Origin: Mesotaenium endlicherianum
Taxonomy: Eukaryota
Direction: 5' to 3'
DNA length: 51,054 nt
Assembly: GCA_009602735.1 (NCBI GenBank)
Contig: WELA01003054.1
Coordinates: 650,058-701,111 of the forward strand
Shown here: positions 13,039 through 42,468 of the stretch, piece after piece
How positions within the stretch are numbered: position 1 is the stretch's first letter
How the letters are laid out: each line of letters opens with the position of its first letter
Made by a program: the position numbers and the translations under genes
The notes under the pieces: model-generated
The model's input: the letters and a program-made list of their open reading frames with translations, nothing else
The model's database searches: none
What the model was told of the DNA's origin: nothing

Positions 13039-14682
13039 GTGAGGCCCACAGTTCCCTCCCCCTCCTCTCTGTCTCTCTCTCTTTTTCTCTTTCTTGCAAT
13101 TTTCGGATTGCATTGCTGCCATTGTATGCTTCTTTCTCCATGTATAACCTGTCCACACCCATCTTGTTACTTCTGCCGCACGATTCTATTGCATCCCATG
13201 CGTGAAGTGCAGCGCGTTGCACGCACAAACAGCGCCGCTCTTGTCATTTGTCTCACTGCACGTTGTTGTAGCACGAGCGCGTACATCCCTTCCTGCCATA
13301 ACCAGCCCTGCCGGACTTGCCTGCTGCCGCAGAGCTCTGCATCAATGTCATCTCTCTGGGCCGTGCAGCGTCTGACTCCCTTGCCTGTGTTGCGCCGTCT
13401 GTTACAAAAGCAGGAGCCTCTGAGTGTGCTTTGATCATTGCTCGCATGGTGTCGTCAAAAATTCAAGGGCCTGGAGCCACACTCTCCTCCGCGCTCTCTG
13501 CGTGTGACCTTCATGTGCCACAAAGAACTGCTGCTGCTGCTGATGGTGGTGGTGGTGGTGGTGCCAGCAGCGCTGGCACTGCTGCTGCTGCTGGTGCCGG
13601 TGTGCGCATAGGTGATTATCTCTGAACTCCCCCCCCCCCCCCCCCCCCCNNNNNNNNNNNNNNNNNNNNNNCCCCCCCCCCCTCACCCAATGATCCCTAC
13701 GGAATGTTGGGACCCACAACCAAGTGATGCACGTCATCATCCCCGCCCTTCTCTCCCTTCCGCTCTCGTTCGCTGCCCCTTCCCCCCTCCAATTTCTTTC
13801 CTCCCCAGCAATGCTAAATGTATCACTGGTAGTCCATCCAAGCTAGACAGGTGGCGCATCACTGAAGCTCTTTGAACGCTCCTTCCCAACACCCGCAGAG
13901 ACATATATATTTATTTATTTATTATTTATCGTAATTGTAAATAGGTCAACTTGTATACAGGAGATTTTTAAGGTCATTGTAGCTTTCAATAAAATATGGT
14001 ATATTAGCATTTCATTCTGTACAGAAAGAGGCTAAAAGCAAAAACATATGCACATTATCATACATGGTAACGTCAACTGCAAAGTTGCAAACATTAGTTA
14101 CGCTAATCAACATTCTAATACATCAGACAAGTCTACGCCTTCATGTATCAAGTACAATGTCTAGCTCTCAAGAGTGATGAGTAGGAGTACGCCATAAAAG
14201 AGGCTTGATACACATACTCCTGATTCTTTCTGTGTGACTTCAACTTGAAAATCCAAGCCAACTTGACTAGCCCTACATACACACAAACGTGTGCAGCCTA
14301 AGGTAAGGCATCAGCGCTTGTATGCATGTATGAGTAAGAAATGCTGGGAAATACACGACAGAATGCCTGCCCTGCTTACACAACCAACACCAAGCAAAGC
14401 AGGGCCTGATAGCCATTCCTGATCCTTCTTCCCGACACCTTAGTGGGCAGCCTTGCCCAATTCTGGGCTGGCTAGCAACGCCTCTACCTCCTGCAGCATC
14501 CTCGTACAACTCGCTATACACGTCAGCAGCACGTCCAGCTGCCTATTAAGATATAAATAAACTAAAGGGCGCAGTCCCCTGCACTTTGCTGGAAGTTTCA
14601 ACACACCCAAGACTCAAGAGACATGCAATTGTTGCACAACTGAAGTGGCGGCTTCGCCGGGAGGGCGAGCGCAAGGGAGGGC

Positions 14683-31316
<16,634 letters not shown>

Positions 31317-34300
31317 CTCAGACTTTGGGCTCTACCCTAGCTGAGCACAATTCAAGATAGTGTTCCTTTTCCACAAGGCACTAGTCCATCCTCTTCATAA
31401 GACTCGTCGTGGCAGGACTCTCTCTCCATGTAGTAAGATAACCTAGTGCCAGTCAGCGGGACATGTTCTACCCATCGTTGTTCAAATTCTAAATCATCAC
31501 CAACATGCACTTTAAAACTGTCAAGATGCTTCATCCTGGGCGTCAATGGGCAGGATACATAGCTAGTTACGTTCACAAGACTAAAAGTTCAACTTCTTTT
31601 TTTTGTCACACAGCAGAAGTATGCAGGATATACTTGCGTCTCTCTTGAGGCTATCACCAACCGGTCGACGCCTTTTACTTGTTTATGTAAGCCTCCTCAA
31701 CTACCACCCACTTCCTTCACGTACAACACGAAAAGCTGCAGATAGTGACGTGGAGATACCGCAGCTTTTATGCTCGTCGGTTATTTGCTAGCACGTTGCT
31801 GAATTGGAAAGTGGTGCTCTCGCACTAAACATAATGGTCTTACCTTCAACTGTTTCCGATCATTATAGACATTATTACCATGCATCGTAGTTCTTTTTTC
31901 GCGAAGTTCTTCGCAATTAACCTGGAGTCATTGATAGAAGAAAGAACCAAACGTCACTGATCGAACAAAACTACATCAGAGCCTCTACCGCAAGTGTTCC
32001 ATAAGACCATTACCTTCATACAGCCAGATTTATGACTTGCATCTTTGTCCAAGGGTGTCCATATTGGCCAGAATGCTGTGGTGAAGGTTGTAAAATGAAG
32101 GACGATAGAATGGCCCGAGGTAGCAAATTTGTGGCTTAACCCACGAGCAGACAAAGGAAAGTATCAAGTTTCTGAGCGTGGACTACTTTCTTGATGTAAA
32201 GGAAGACGCAACTGTAACATGAGAGGACCTTGAAAGTTGCAACATGGAGTACATTAAACATTCCGATATATGGCTTCAGGTACTACGTAGAAAGTTGAAA
32301 GGATGGCATGATGTCTGTTTCGTTTCCTGAATACGACCTGGAGGCCTTCTACTTGTGAAACTGATAAGTATGTGATTAGGGGGTCTAGATGTACAACCTG
32401 TCCTCTAAGATTGTGAAAGCTTCGTGTAGTATGTTCATGTGTGCGGGATTACACTAGCCACCCGTACTCAAGCATCTTAATAATTAAATCGTGAGGGATC
32501 TGCTACTAAATTCGAGGAGGCGGTTTGAACTTCTTTTGCACTTTTTCTACTCATATCCAGCTGTGCCCATAAGTCTTGATTTTGCGCTTCTCTTCTAGCA
32601 GCAGTTTGTTTCTGCATAGAAAGCAATTTTCTCTGCACACTCAGCGTGGCCCCAAGGCGGCTGATGCGGCATACTGACTGGCTTACCACTGGCAGAGGTG
32701 ATGTAATGCCAAACTTCGAAGCAAGCTGAGGCTGCGCTTGCTGATCCACAATACGCTGTGGGGATAATTGATGGTTGGAAGCGTCACTGTGCTGAGTGCT
32801 TGCAAGTCATGCGATATAGATATACTCTTTCCCTTGTCCAGCATTCCCTTGATACTCTCGTGTCCAAATGTTCTGCAAATTTTTAGTGTGTGCCCCCTTC
32901 AGGCGTGAAGCTATGAAGAACAAGATGAAGAATACCTTGACGGTGCAGAGGGCATGCTTAAAGCAGCAGATGCTGTGTGGAATTTCCCTTGTTGTCATGG
33001 GCTCTTCTGCTGTTCTCATGGAAGCAGCAATTGCACTCCCTCTCTCCATGGTGCAACCAGCAATATTTTCCTTGTAGGGAATATCAGCCACCGCCTCAAT
33101 ACTGATCCCTTCTCTTCTTGGATGTGCAGTTCTCCCCCTTTCTGTGAAATGCAGGGGCCCGGTGACAGTCGGAGAAGTCTGATTTGACTGTCTGGCACAG
33201 CTTTGTTGCATATTTCTTATTTGCGCCAGTCAGTCATTGTTGTGAAGTGCAGGCATCAGGAGAAAGACTTCCTCTCTTGAAAAAGATGGAGGAGGCAATG
33301 TGCAACCACTTCTTTGGAGCAATTGTGCAAAACGTTGTGATGGGCAAAGCATGGGAGGCTAGCAGAACTAACAAAGGCCAGGAGCTGCTGGTGCTGCATA
33401 TGCTAGTGTAAGGCTGTCTTGGCTGCATGAATGGACTCGTTCTGTTACCTGACGGATTGACCTTTCAGTAGAACTTGCAAATGTTCGAACAGATAGTGTA
33501 GGAATGATTGAGCACTGTGTCAATAACACAAGTGGACAGTATTAGTTTTCCTTCACTGGCGCTATTGTGAGGTTGTTCAGTTGGTAGCGTTCAACAAGTA
33601 TCCAGGTGTTCATAAGTTTGCATCTGGCTCTGGAACATATCAGGCGAAATACAATGACTTGTATGTATCTTATATGGATGTCCAGCATGCTCCGTGCTGT
33701 GACAGGTGCAATAACTTCAACGTTTAGGCACTGCCGTCGACTTTCAAAAGCGCTAGAAAGGAAGGAGGGTGGTGTCCTGTTAGTGGTAAATTGTAGTGCC
33801 CGCTAAATGATAGCGTGGTGCTAAGTGGAAGACTTTGATTTTGGTAGGAAAAGGTTCAAGATTGTATGCCGCCCAGATTAGCAACCCTTGCAGGTAATTG
33901 CTTTTTGTGATCGTCACATTTCGGGTATAAACACGACACGTCCAGGGACATGGAAGTGAGCTATTATTTGACTTGTGTTTTTCCTTTGAATGGTAGTGCA
34001 TCAAAAAGATGGTACAATGGCATGTGTAGGGGTAGCACCCACTCCTGCTCTCGTCTATACGTCTCGAGTGGGCTAGGGCAGGAGATTTGATTGTAACATA
34101 GAGTAAGCTATACTGACCTTGTCCACTAGTACCTTGTGTCTGAAATCTACTTCACGAACTAAAAAGTCTACAGCTTATACAGATTGAAAGACAGGAGGCA
34201 GAAAATTGGAAAGAATGGGTGACAAAACGTAATTGCCCAGAGCTATACAAAAGAATGAAAGTTTGGGAACAAACAAACTGTAATTGTGCATTGCCCCTCT

Positions 34301-34420
34301 CCCTGCGAACGTTATCCTAACGGGATACGCGCGCGCACATACATTTGGGGAGCTACGAACACGCCAGGCAGCTGGCACAGAAGCTGGCCCTGCGTGAAGC
34401 CCCCCCCAAGCAATGCTTTT

Positions 34421-37233
34421 TTACAAGCACGTAGGATCGTTGACGTAGCACTTGCCTTGCCTCAGCATGGGCTTCAGGGACTTTGCGGGGGTGGCAACAA
34501 AACCGGGTGTGGAGCTTATCGACGTCAGCGAGCTCGTCAGCAGCTTCTTGCCAAGCCTCGAGTTCTTCACGACCAGGGGGATGTTCTCCTGCGCGATGTC
34601 GATGCTCTGGATGGTGGTGTTGTGCACCACGATGGAGCCTCCGCTGCTCGTCCTGCACGAGTGACGGCAATGAGCAGAGTCTGCGTCAGAACGTGACCTT
34701 CCTTGAATAGAATTTCTAGGTCCTTTTTAGGTCCTTCAAGTACCCAGACTATCAATTTTGATAGCAGAACGGACTACTGACCAGAAGTAGAAATGGGTCT
34801 CCCTCCCAGCAACGACTGGCTGTTGCCATGTGTGCAGAGCTTTAACAAGAGTAGTTCCTTGGACAGTTGGCTCCTCGAACGGTCTCAATGATATGCAACC
34901 CCTCATGGCACATTGCACATCACGCCATCTTGAGCTTCACCGCCTACGCTACCCAACTCTCTCGCCCCGGAGACAAGCTCTCTCTGGAGACAAGCAGGAG
35001 AAATGAAACAAATGAAGCTCGCGTATATAGAATATAGAAGCTGAGGAAGGTTCCGGTGTGCTGGAAAGAGCAATAGCATGTGTGCAGACAGTTGGGCAAT
35101 CGGGCAGGCAGGTAGATGGATGGGCGGGGGGGCGGACCGGCGGGCGGGCCGGTGGGTGGGCGTAGCAGTAGGTGAGTGGATGAGGGTTATGAGTAGGCGT
35201 GAAAGGAGGAAGAGGGAGAGTGAGTGGAGGAGAGAGAGAGAGAGGGGGGTAGGGAGAGAGAGTAACGTACTTGAGCACAAGAACGCCCAGCTTATAGTCG
35301 GTGACGACGGATGCCACCAGCATGCCGAGCAGCGAGCCGTTGGCGGGCACAGACACAACGCGGTCCAGGTTGAGGAGGTACACGGGGTCCACTGTCTGCC
35401 ACTGCTTCAAGTCGATGGTGACGGTTCCTGCAGCAACCTGCATCGTTCACAACGCCCAGGGCTTGCATCTATTTAGCATTGGATAAAGTGGAAACGCATC
35501 AGTGCAGACGGCTAAAGCTCCGGGTCAGGCACGTCCGGCACTCCTGCAGACATATCTCCCCTACCACCACCCCCTTCCCTCCCGCCCTTACTCCCCCTCC
35601 CTCTCCCCCTTCCTCCTCCCCCTCGGCCACCCTCCTCTCACCTCCTATCCCTTTCCCCGCCTCTTTTTCCATCTACGACACTTTCACCGTGTAGCTGACC
35701 AGGTCTGGCCTGATCGTTAACTAAGCTTGTTATCGGAGAAGTGCACGTGTTAGAAGAACGACACAAAACAATGGAGGCGTGGCGTGGCCTAAGGGCTGGG
35801 TGTGGTCTGCAGCGGTGGCACAAGAGCAGTCGTAGAGCAGAAAATGAAGCTTATTGTCCGGCATTCTTGTGTATCACTGCGCCTCATGCAAAGATGCGTC
35901 TACGACAGAATGTTTCTGGAAAATATACATCCCTATGGGTGGTGAAGGAATCTCGGACAGCCATGCATAGCTCCGGCCAGTCTCCTATAGAATTGTTTTG
36001 GAGCTATTTGTGATGCCCAGAGAGAAGGCCGTCTCTATCAAGTGATCAGAAGTTACATGCGCAAGGGAGGAACTCAAGAATTCTTCGAGGTTTATCTGTT
36101 TTAAGCACCATAGCGTTTGATTATCCTTGGAAGCATTCTGAAATTTTGCATAGAGCTATGCGCGGGCACTCAAAGTTAGCTCTAATTTTTGTCGCTTTCT
36201 ACAAAGGAACAGCACGCTCGAGAACATGAAAACAACAAGCAAGCAAGCAAACAAACAGCAATCCAGGAATGAGCACTTAATTCAAAGGCATGGGGGCATT
36301 GCTGTTCCAATTCAGGAGCAGGTATGTGAGGGGGTAAAAGTGGAACACAGCGCAGGAGAAGAGGCCACAACAAATCTAAGCAGCTACCTGAACGGGGTTG
36401 TCGCTGTCCTTTGTGAGCAGCGAGCCTGTCTCAGAGTCGACGTGTGTGTCTTGCACAATCCCCGCAGCCAGCCAGACAGCGGCCAGAATGGTGGAGCACG
36501 AGAGAAGCAGCCACGCCATCCCCAGCATGGCAGCAATCTGCCAAGATGCACAGTAGCGACATTCATTCCACGCGTCAACACAGGGGCTCTCCACAGGCAC
36601 TGGGCGGCATCTAATGTTAGATGGCAGCAGGTGTTCCTAGTTCAGTGATGCATGAATTCGTGATCACATCATCGAATTGACAACCTGCCTCTCATCGTGG
36701 CACTGCAACATTCCTGCTCTGACTCTCACCCACCTACTTAAACAACAGTACAATTTTGCAGCAGCATGAGTATCTGCTTCATACAAAAAAGCTACACAGG
36801 ACCGAGAAGAGGAACTGCGCAGCATTGCGGCATTCATAACAAATGACGACATAGAACTATAGAACTTGATGTGTTACAATCTCATGAGCTATTGACCTGT
36901 TCAAGAGAAATACACAACATTTTGTTTGTTCTACTATATTGCCACACATAGCCACATGTAGAACGGGCAGGGACCAGTAGCTAGCACCACCTCCAGCAAC
37001 AGCAGGAGGCGAAAACACTCTGGAAGCACGACGTCCCTAAAACGAGAGGTCCAGAATCCACGTACCTTCCAGTTCCTGGCCCTCCGCTTCAACAGGCCCT
37101 GAACGCGGGCGGCGTTGATGAGCTCATCTTCAGTTAGGAAGCCGTCCGCCATTGTTCCTTCCCACCCCTCCTCGTGGAGCTGCTCTCTGAACGCCGTGTT
37201 CAGGCGGACCAGCTTGTCATTTGAGTGCATGTT
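34421..37233 (-). CDS. Uncharacterised protein, at least three exons (37066-37233, 35271-35437, 34421-34652); 5' exons unresolved
   Basis: NMHSNDKLVRLN...RARNWK|GTACGT, then AG|VAAGTVTIDLKQWQ...GVLVLK|GTACGT, then AG|..TSSGGSIVVHNTT...GKCYVNDPTCL*. Phases are 0 then 2, with strong GC3 bias. A possible first exon MAHGDEQ...AGED|GTAAGA lies at ~37866-37934. Confidence 0.7.
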
Positions 37234-39499
37234 CTGTAGTTACAGGGGAAACAAATTGGGAAGACAAGGAATGAGTGGTCGTGGTTATAATAGGAAGAGT
37301 GTGTGTTCGTCGTGCCACAGCCGCTTCTCTCACTTCCCACTGCGTATGCTGTAGTCCTCCATATGCAACGGAGAGAGAAAAAAGGAGAAAGGAACCTGTT
37401 CACGTGCCATCAATCATCAGATGCTGCATCAGAAGACGTCCCCGTAAGATCTCTTGGAGAAAAGTGCAATTTTTTGGGCTTCCATCACCAAGCTACTACT
37501 AAGGTCGACACGGAGGCCAAGGCCTTCTGCCGGTGATGTCAACTGAGTACTGAGCAAACAGGTTTTCTGCAGTAACTGACTCGCTAAGCATGCCATCAAC
37601 GAGCCTTGGGACCGTCATTGCCACATCGCAAGGGACTCCGAGGCAAGCATACGAGTCTCACGAAAACAGAATGTAACTTGTAACCTGCATACTCTTTCGT
37701 GATGCACTTAGAACTTTAGGCTGCTGTAAGAGCAAAACTCGGATGTTGAAGAAGACTCTTAAGTGTAGCTAACCCAAGATACATATGTAGAGTCATGCCA
37801 CGAACGCATTCGTACACAAATAATGCAGAAAGACACTTGACTCATGACAAGGGCTCATTTTCTTACGTCTTCTCCGGCAAGTGGTTCCAGCTTCTGATGG
37901 GAGGGCATGAACATTTGCTCATCTCCATGCGCCATTATGTTGGCTTCTTACGGTCCTGTGTTTACTCCCTTGAATGCTGAGAACTGTCGTCGCCTAGTCC
38001 ACTCACTAGTTGTAAAACTAGGCCGGAACCCGAATTAACACTACTTTTCACAGTGGGAAGAAAGAGCCCTATCTTTCTGGAGGGTTTCACCGGAATATGC
38101 AAGCGACAGTACGTCCGCACTAGAAGCAGGCGCGCAGATCAACAATGGGAGAGTAGATGCAAATATTATGATCACTCTGGTGCTGGGGGCAATATTATGC
38201 TTCACGTCAAGTCATACATTTTGTGCAATTGTGCAGCTTCAGCACCCATTGCAATCCAGTGTATCAGGTGCCCGGGCTCCAGAGGTATACCTTTTTTAGC
38301 TTGTTGGTGCTTTAATGTTGGCTTTTCGTCGACAGCTCCTGAAATCAGGTGGTTCAGGAATCACAAGAAACATTGTCCCTGTTGTCCGGGTCCCAGACTC
38401 CACATGATCCGCCTTTGGACTCCTACAAAACAAACAAGAAAAAGTGAAATAATCTCATTCAAATCTTTAAAGGCCAGAGATTGGCAAATGCTACCGACAA
38501 GGCGCAAATTAAAAAAAAATTCCATCCCAATCATTATATAGTCTAGATAAGCACTCGTCGCTTCACCCAGGGGCACCCAGGCCCCAGGGGTCTTCAGTAC
38601 AACTCGCTTCTGGAAGGTTAAGTAATAAAATGCGGAAAATGTAAAATTTGACATAGCCCAGTTCCAGCAAATGCCAGATGGAACTGGACGGCTCTTTTGT
38701 TTCCAAGCGAAACCTGACTCCTACCTACTGCCCACTTCCTCTGGTGACTGTACTCATGCATTATGACTATTAACTCAAGACAGGACTTAACCGACACAAA
38801 TGCTAGCGGTATACGTGGAGAATCACAACCAGTGACCACAATGAACCATAATCGACCACAGTCTCCAACCATGTCCAACCTAGCTAGAAGTTCTTCGAGT
38901 GAATGCTGTAATGCACGTGGAGAGTGAGTTTTTGTCTCTAGTATTGTGTAATCATCACAAGAAGGTCGGAATTTGGTACAGAATTCGGTGCTGTAACCAG
39001 CTATTACAGTCGTTATTCTGTCGGGAAGTGTTTCATAAAACGGACACGAGTGACTTTGCTAGTTTCTGGACTAACTTCATTGATCCCCGCTTTTGATCCC
39101 CGGTAAGCCTTTATGCTAATAATAATGAACTATACGCAGCTATGCGGGTATCAACAAACTCACGCTCCAATTTACAACCCCGTTCAAGTCGGTTTGACCT
39201 GTTTATCTCTTTTGACCAAGACCGTTCACAATGTCTGTGCGGATCAGGCCCCAGGATTCGGAAATTAAATAAAGTTGTTAATTCTGCGAACATGGAAATC
39301 ATGTCGGGTGAAAGCCCCTTCAACTGTTCAACGGGAGCAAATGTCCCATTTTTCCAATCTTTAGATTGGATGTTACAAAAATTATGTCTGGGCTTCTTTA
39401 CACCGGCCAAAACGAGGTATATAGAATAGATTAAAAGAATGACGTCGTGCCAGCAAGTACATCACCCAATCTAAGGTGATCTAGGGCCAAATTAAGAGT

Positions 39500-41160
39500 G
39501 CCTGTGAGTTCCCATTGCTAAAGAGGAAATACACTTCTAAGGTTTCAAATTAGCTTGGTTTATTGCCTTCTACGACATGTATGGGAAAAGTACAGTGGGG
39601 GGTGTGAGGTTCAGTTCATATTCTGGCTGCTCTTGTACCAGCTCTTGCATAAAGTCTTGGGTAAACTGCATGTGTCTCTAGAAAGTTATCTGGCTTTCTT
39701 GGAGAAGGAAATAGGAGGTGAGACTACCCATAGAAGTTGGTAGCCTCAGGCTATGATTTATTGGGCAAAACTACATGTACTCCAAGATTTCCACCAATTA
39801 AGCCTCTTTATTAATCGTGTAGCTAGGCCAAAGATCTCTTGGACAGAGCTGACCGTGTGAGTGGTGATTTTCTCCTGCCTGCCTAGGAGCAACATTGATT
39901 TCCCTTGGCAATACAAATCCACAAATCATATACTCAACACATTGCATAAACTAAATGCGTTGATTGTGTCAACATTCTGCAATAGCTAATTGTCTCAGCA
40001 CACACATTCTATTGTCTTGGATTCACAAGTTGATTGTCTCAGCAAAGAGTCTTGGTTGTTCCAAGATACACAATGATCTTGACGGGTCAACTGAATTGAA
40101 GTTAAATTAAACAGATAATCAAGGTTTCAATAATTGACTCAAGACAGTCCATAGATCCACCTGACACTCACTTGTAGTAGGATGTGTCCTGCTGTTGATT
40201 GGTTACTCATGTTGATCCACATTGAACCGAGCTATTGTAACCTATTGTTTGTGAGCGAACTTATTAAATTTTTGATTCAAGTGTAAATTTCGCTATTTCT
40301 GGTCTGAATTTTGATTGTGGTGGGGTTAATTGGAGAAAGCTTGTGTGGGATGGTGGCCAAAATTTGGTCCTGGTACACTCATGGGTATGGTTGGCTGTGT
40401 GTACTGAACAGGTGCCTATTGTGGGAAGAATTGCTTATGGTTGCTAACTGCTAGTGCTTTGTATAGGCCATAAAGGCAACGGTTGGAGAAGTGGCCGGGC
40501 TTCTGGCTTGTGTAACAAATTTAATTATTGTACACAGAAAGAAGAATGTGTTGCCTAGGTTTAGAGATTTTTTCCTCCTTGATTGTACTACTTCTGTTTT
40601 CTTTTACTTGGAAAAATGCTTTGAAACCTTTATCCCACTTTTTGTCCTCATAGGTCTAGAGACTTCTACCAAAAGATTCCATCCATATTTGTTTGCTCAG
40701 TTAATCAGACGTAATCTATATTATAGCAGACAAACTTTATGAGAGCAAGCGTCTGACTTCTTCAAGAACTTGTTTTAAGTTTATTCAGGATTGCTTGTGC
40801 ATCGCTGGTCAAGTCGACCATATTGGAGCAGTCGCCCATGTGCATCTTGTACTTCATCTCAACCCTCTTCACTTGTTGCATCCACTTGTCGTTGTCGTTG
40901 TTGATGGTTGTCTTATCTCGAGTGAGCGTAAGTACCAATTGTTGTATTTGTCATAATTGCTGTGTGACATATATTAAAGTAGGACATAACTCAACTACTG
41001 GCAGAGACTCAAGGGGCTGTGAGACCCGTTCTTGGATTTCCTCCTGGACTAGCTGATGTACCACAGTTCTCTGAGATGCTGCTCCACATGATTCCTCCTC
41101 GGTGGGAGTTTTTGCCTAAGAGGAGCTGTGGAGTCGGCTCTAGCCGCAGCATCCACCATA
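39500..41160 (-). mobile_element. Highly decayed gag/protease-like retroelement relic
   Basis: The minus strand is purine-rich with stop-interrupted frames (..QLVQEEIQERV..DKWMQQVKRVEMKY..). It includes a CSVHTANHTHEC knuckle-like motif (~40375-40410) and faint IxS..T / LLGR aspartic-protease-like traces (~39880-40200). The evidence is weak. Confidence 0.3.
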
Positions 41161-41636
41161 GCAAGCGCTCTCAACCTAGTGAGGATACGTCTATTTTTAT
41201 GCTAAATTGCCCTAAGACGAATCTGTGACATGGACGGGGTAGCAAACTCAACTATGCACGGTGTTAGTGTGTTTGCTTGAGTTCTACTGGTTCTAGCTGC
41301 ACTTAAGTAGTGCAAACTCTTGAAAATGCATTATTTGGTTGAAGTTGGAAAATGTGAATGTTTCACAGTCGTGATTATTTCTCTTTGTGCATTTCCCTCG
41401 CTTTCAACCTCTTTGAGCTCTTGTTCAAATTATCAGCTGTAATATTGATTCCTCTCCATCAACATTTTGCGCAATTTTACTTGCGTTACGGCATCAGTTT
41501 TTGAGTTTTACTTGCACATAAGTTGTTTGTGTGACAATTGTATCAAAAGTGACTCAATTTGATAACAACAAACCGCCAATGTAAACTACAAACCACTATT
41601 TTTTGGCGATATTCAATGATGGAGAGGCCGTTGTAC

Positions 41637-42355
41637 TGAAATGAATCGACTTACCAAATAGGCGATTAACCATTACTAAAGATCTTTATATCAGCAAGTA
41701 ATCTTTATGGTATTTCCGTTAACTAGTTAAACGGCAAAGGACAATACACTAGCAGGGAATAATACTCGTAAGTCAAATGCGAGTAAACTAGCATCAATGA
41801 TGCAAATCAGTAAACTCATACATAAGCAAGGTTAGAAGACAGTGCGTATCAATGGCTTCTCGCCTTGGATTCAGATCTCTCTCAGTAAGCTGTACAAGAG
41901 AGTTGGCCTCGTTTCCGAATGCCGAACTCGAGAGCAATGCCTAGCATATGTACATGGAATGAGTTTACTGTTCAACGGTCAGTGCGATGGCACCGCCTAC
42001 CCGGGAGTTAACCACGTTGGTAGGACCTCGGTTAACCAAATCCACCGCCATCTCCCATCATCCCGAATAGCCATCCATCATGGGGATGTCATCTGGCCAT
42101 TCATCTAGCAGGTCGTACTTAGATGCATATCAAGGCAGTTCGCTGCTACCGAGCACGGAAGTCAGCTGGCTGTCAAAGAATGTGTCAGCAAGCTGACTTA
42201 AGTTGACTTCAGCCTGCTGCTTTCGGCTGAGTCATTAAACTGATAATTATGTAAAGTCCAGCAGACTGACTATTAACTAAAGTTCAGCAGGCTGAACTTA
42301 ATTAACTATTATATTTAAATGAATATTATATCCACTAATATACTGATTCATTACA
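41637..42355 (-). repeat. 3' LTR (719 bp)
   Basis: TGAAATGAAT...ATTCATTACA, with a 9/10 terminal inverted repeat. Direct repeat of 49711-50430. Confidence 0.95.
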
Positions 42356-42370
42356 ATCCCTCCAACTTAA
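42356..42370 (-). other. Polypurine tract (PPT)
   Basis: TTAAGTTGGAGGGAT immediately 5' of the 3' LTR on the element strand. Confidence 0.8.
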
Positions 42371-42468
42371 CTTGTTGTCGCCTCGACAACATTAAACTGC
42401 AGAAATTTTAAATAAGGGAACTGAACCTGACCAGCCTCCCTTACTGACTGCCTCTTCAGCGTGTCACC

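Noticed and set aside
31600..34100. Possible gene between the VIL start and the uncharacterised gene
   Set aside because: The short ORFs on both strands lack codon bias and could not be joined into a credible model.
41618..41636. PBS-like or tRNA-3'-end-like sequence beside the left LTR (GTACAACGGCCTCTCCA on minus)
   Set aside because: It lacks the TGG start and shares only AACGG with the PBS. No gag follows and there is no T-loop, so it is probably coincidental.
41842..42108. 88-aa ORF conserved in both LTRs (also 49917-50183)
   Set aside because: It is antisense to the element, starts at GTG and has no motifs. The duplication is explained by the LTRs.
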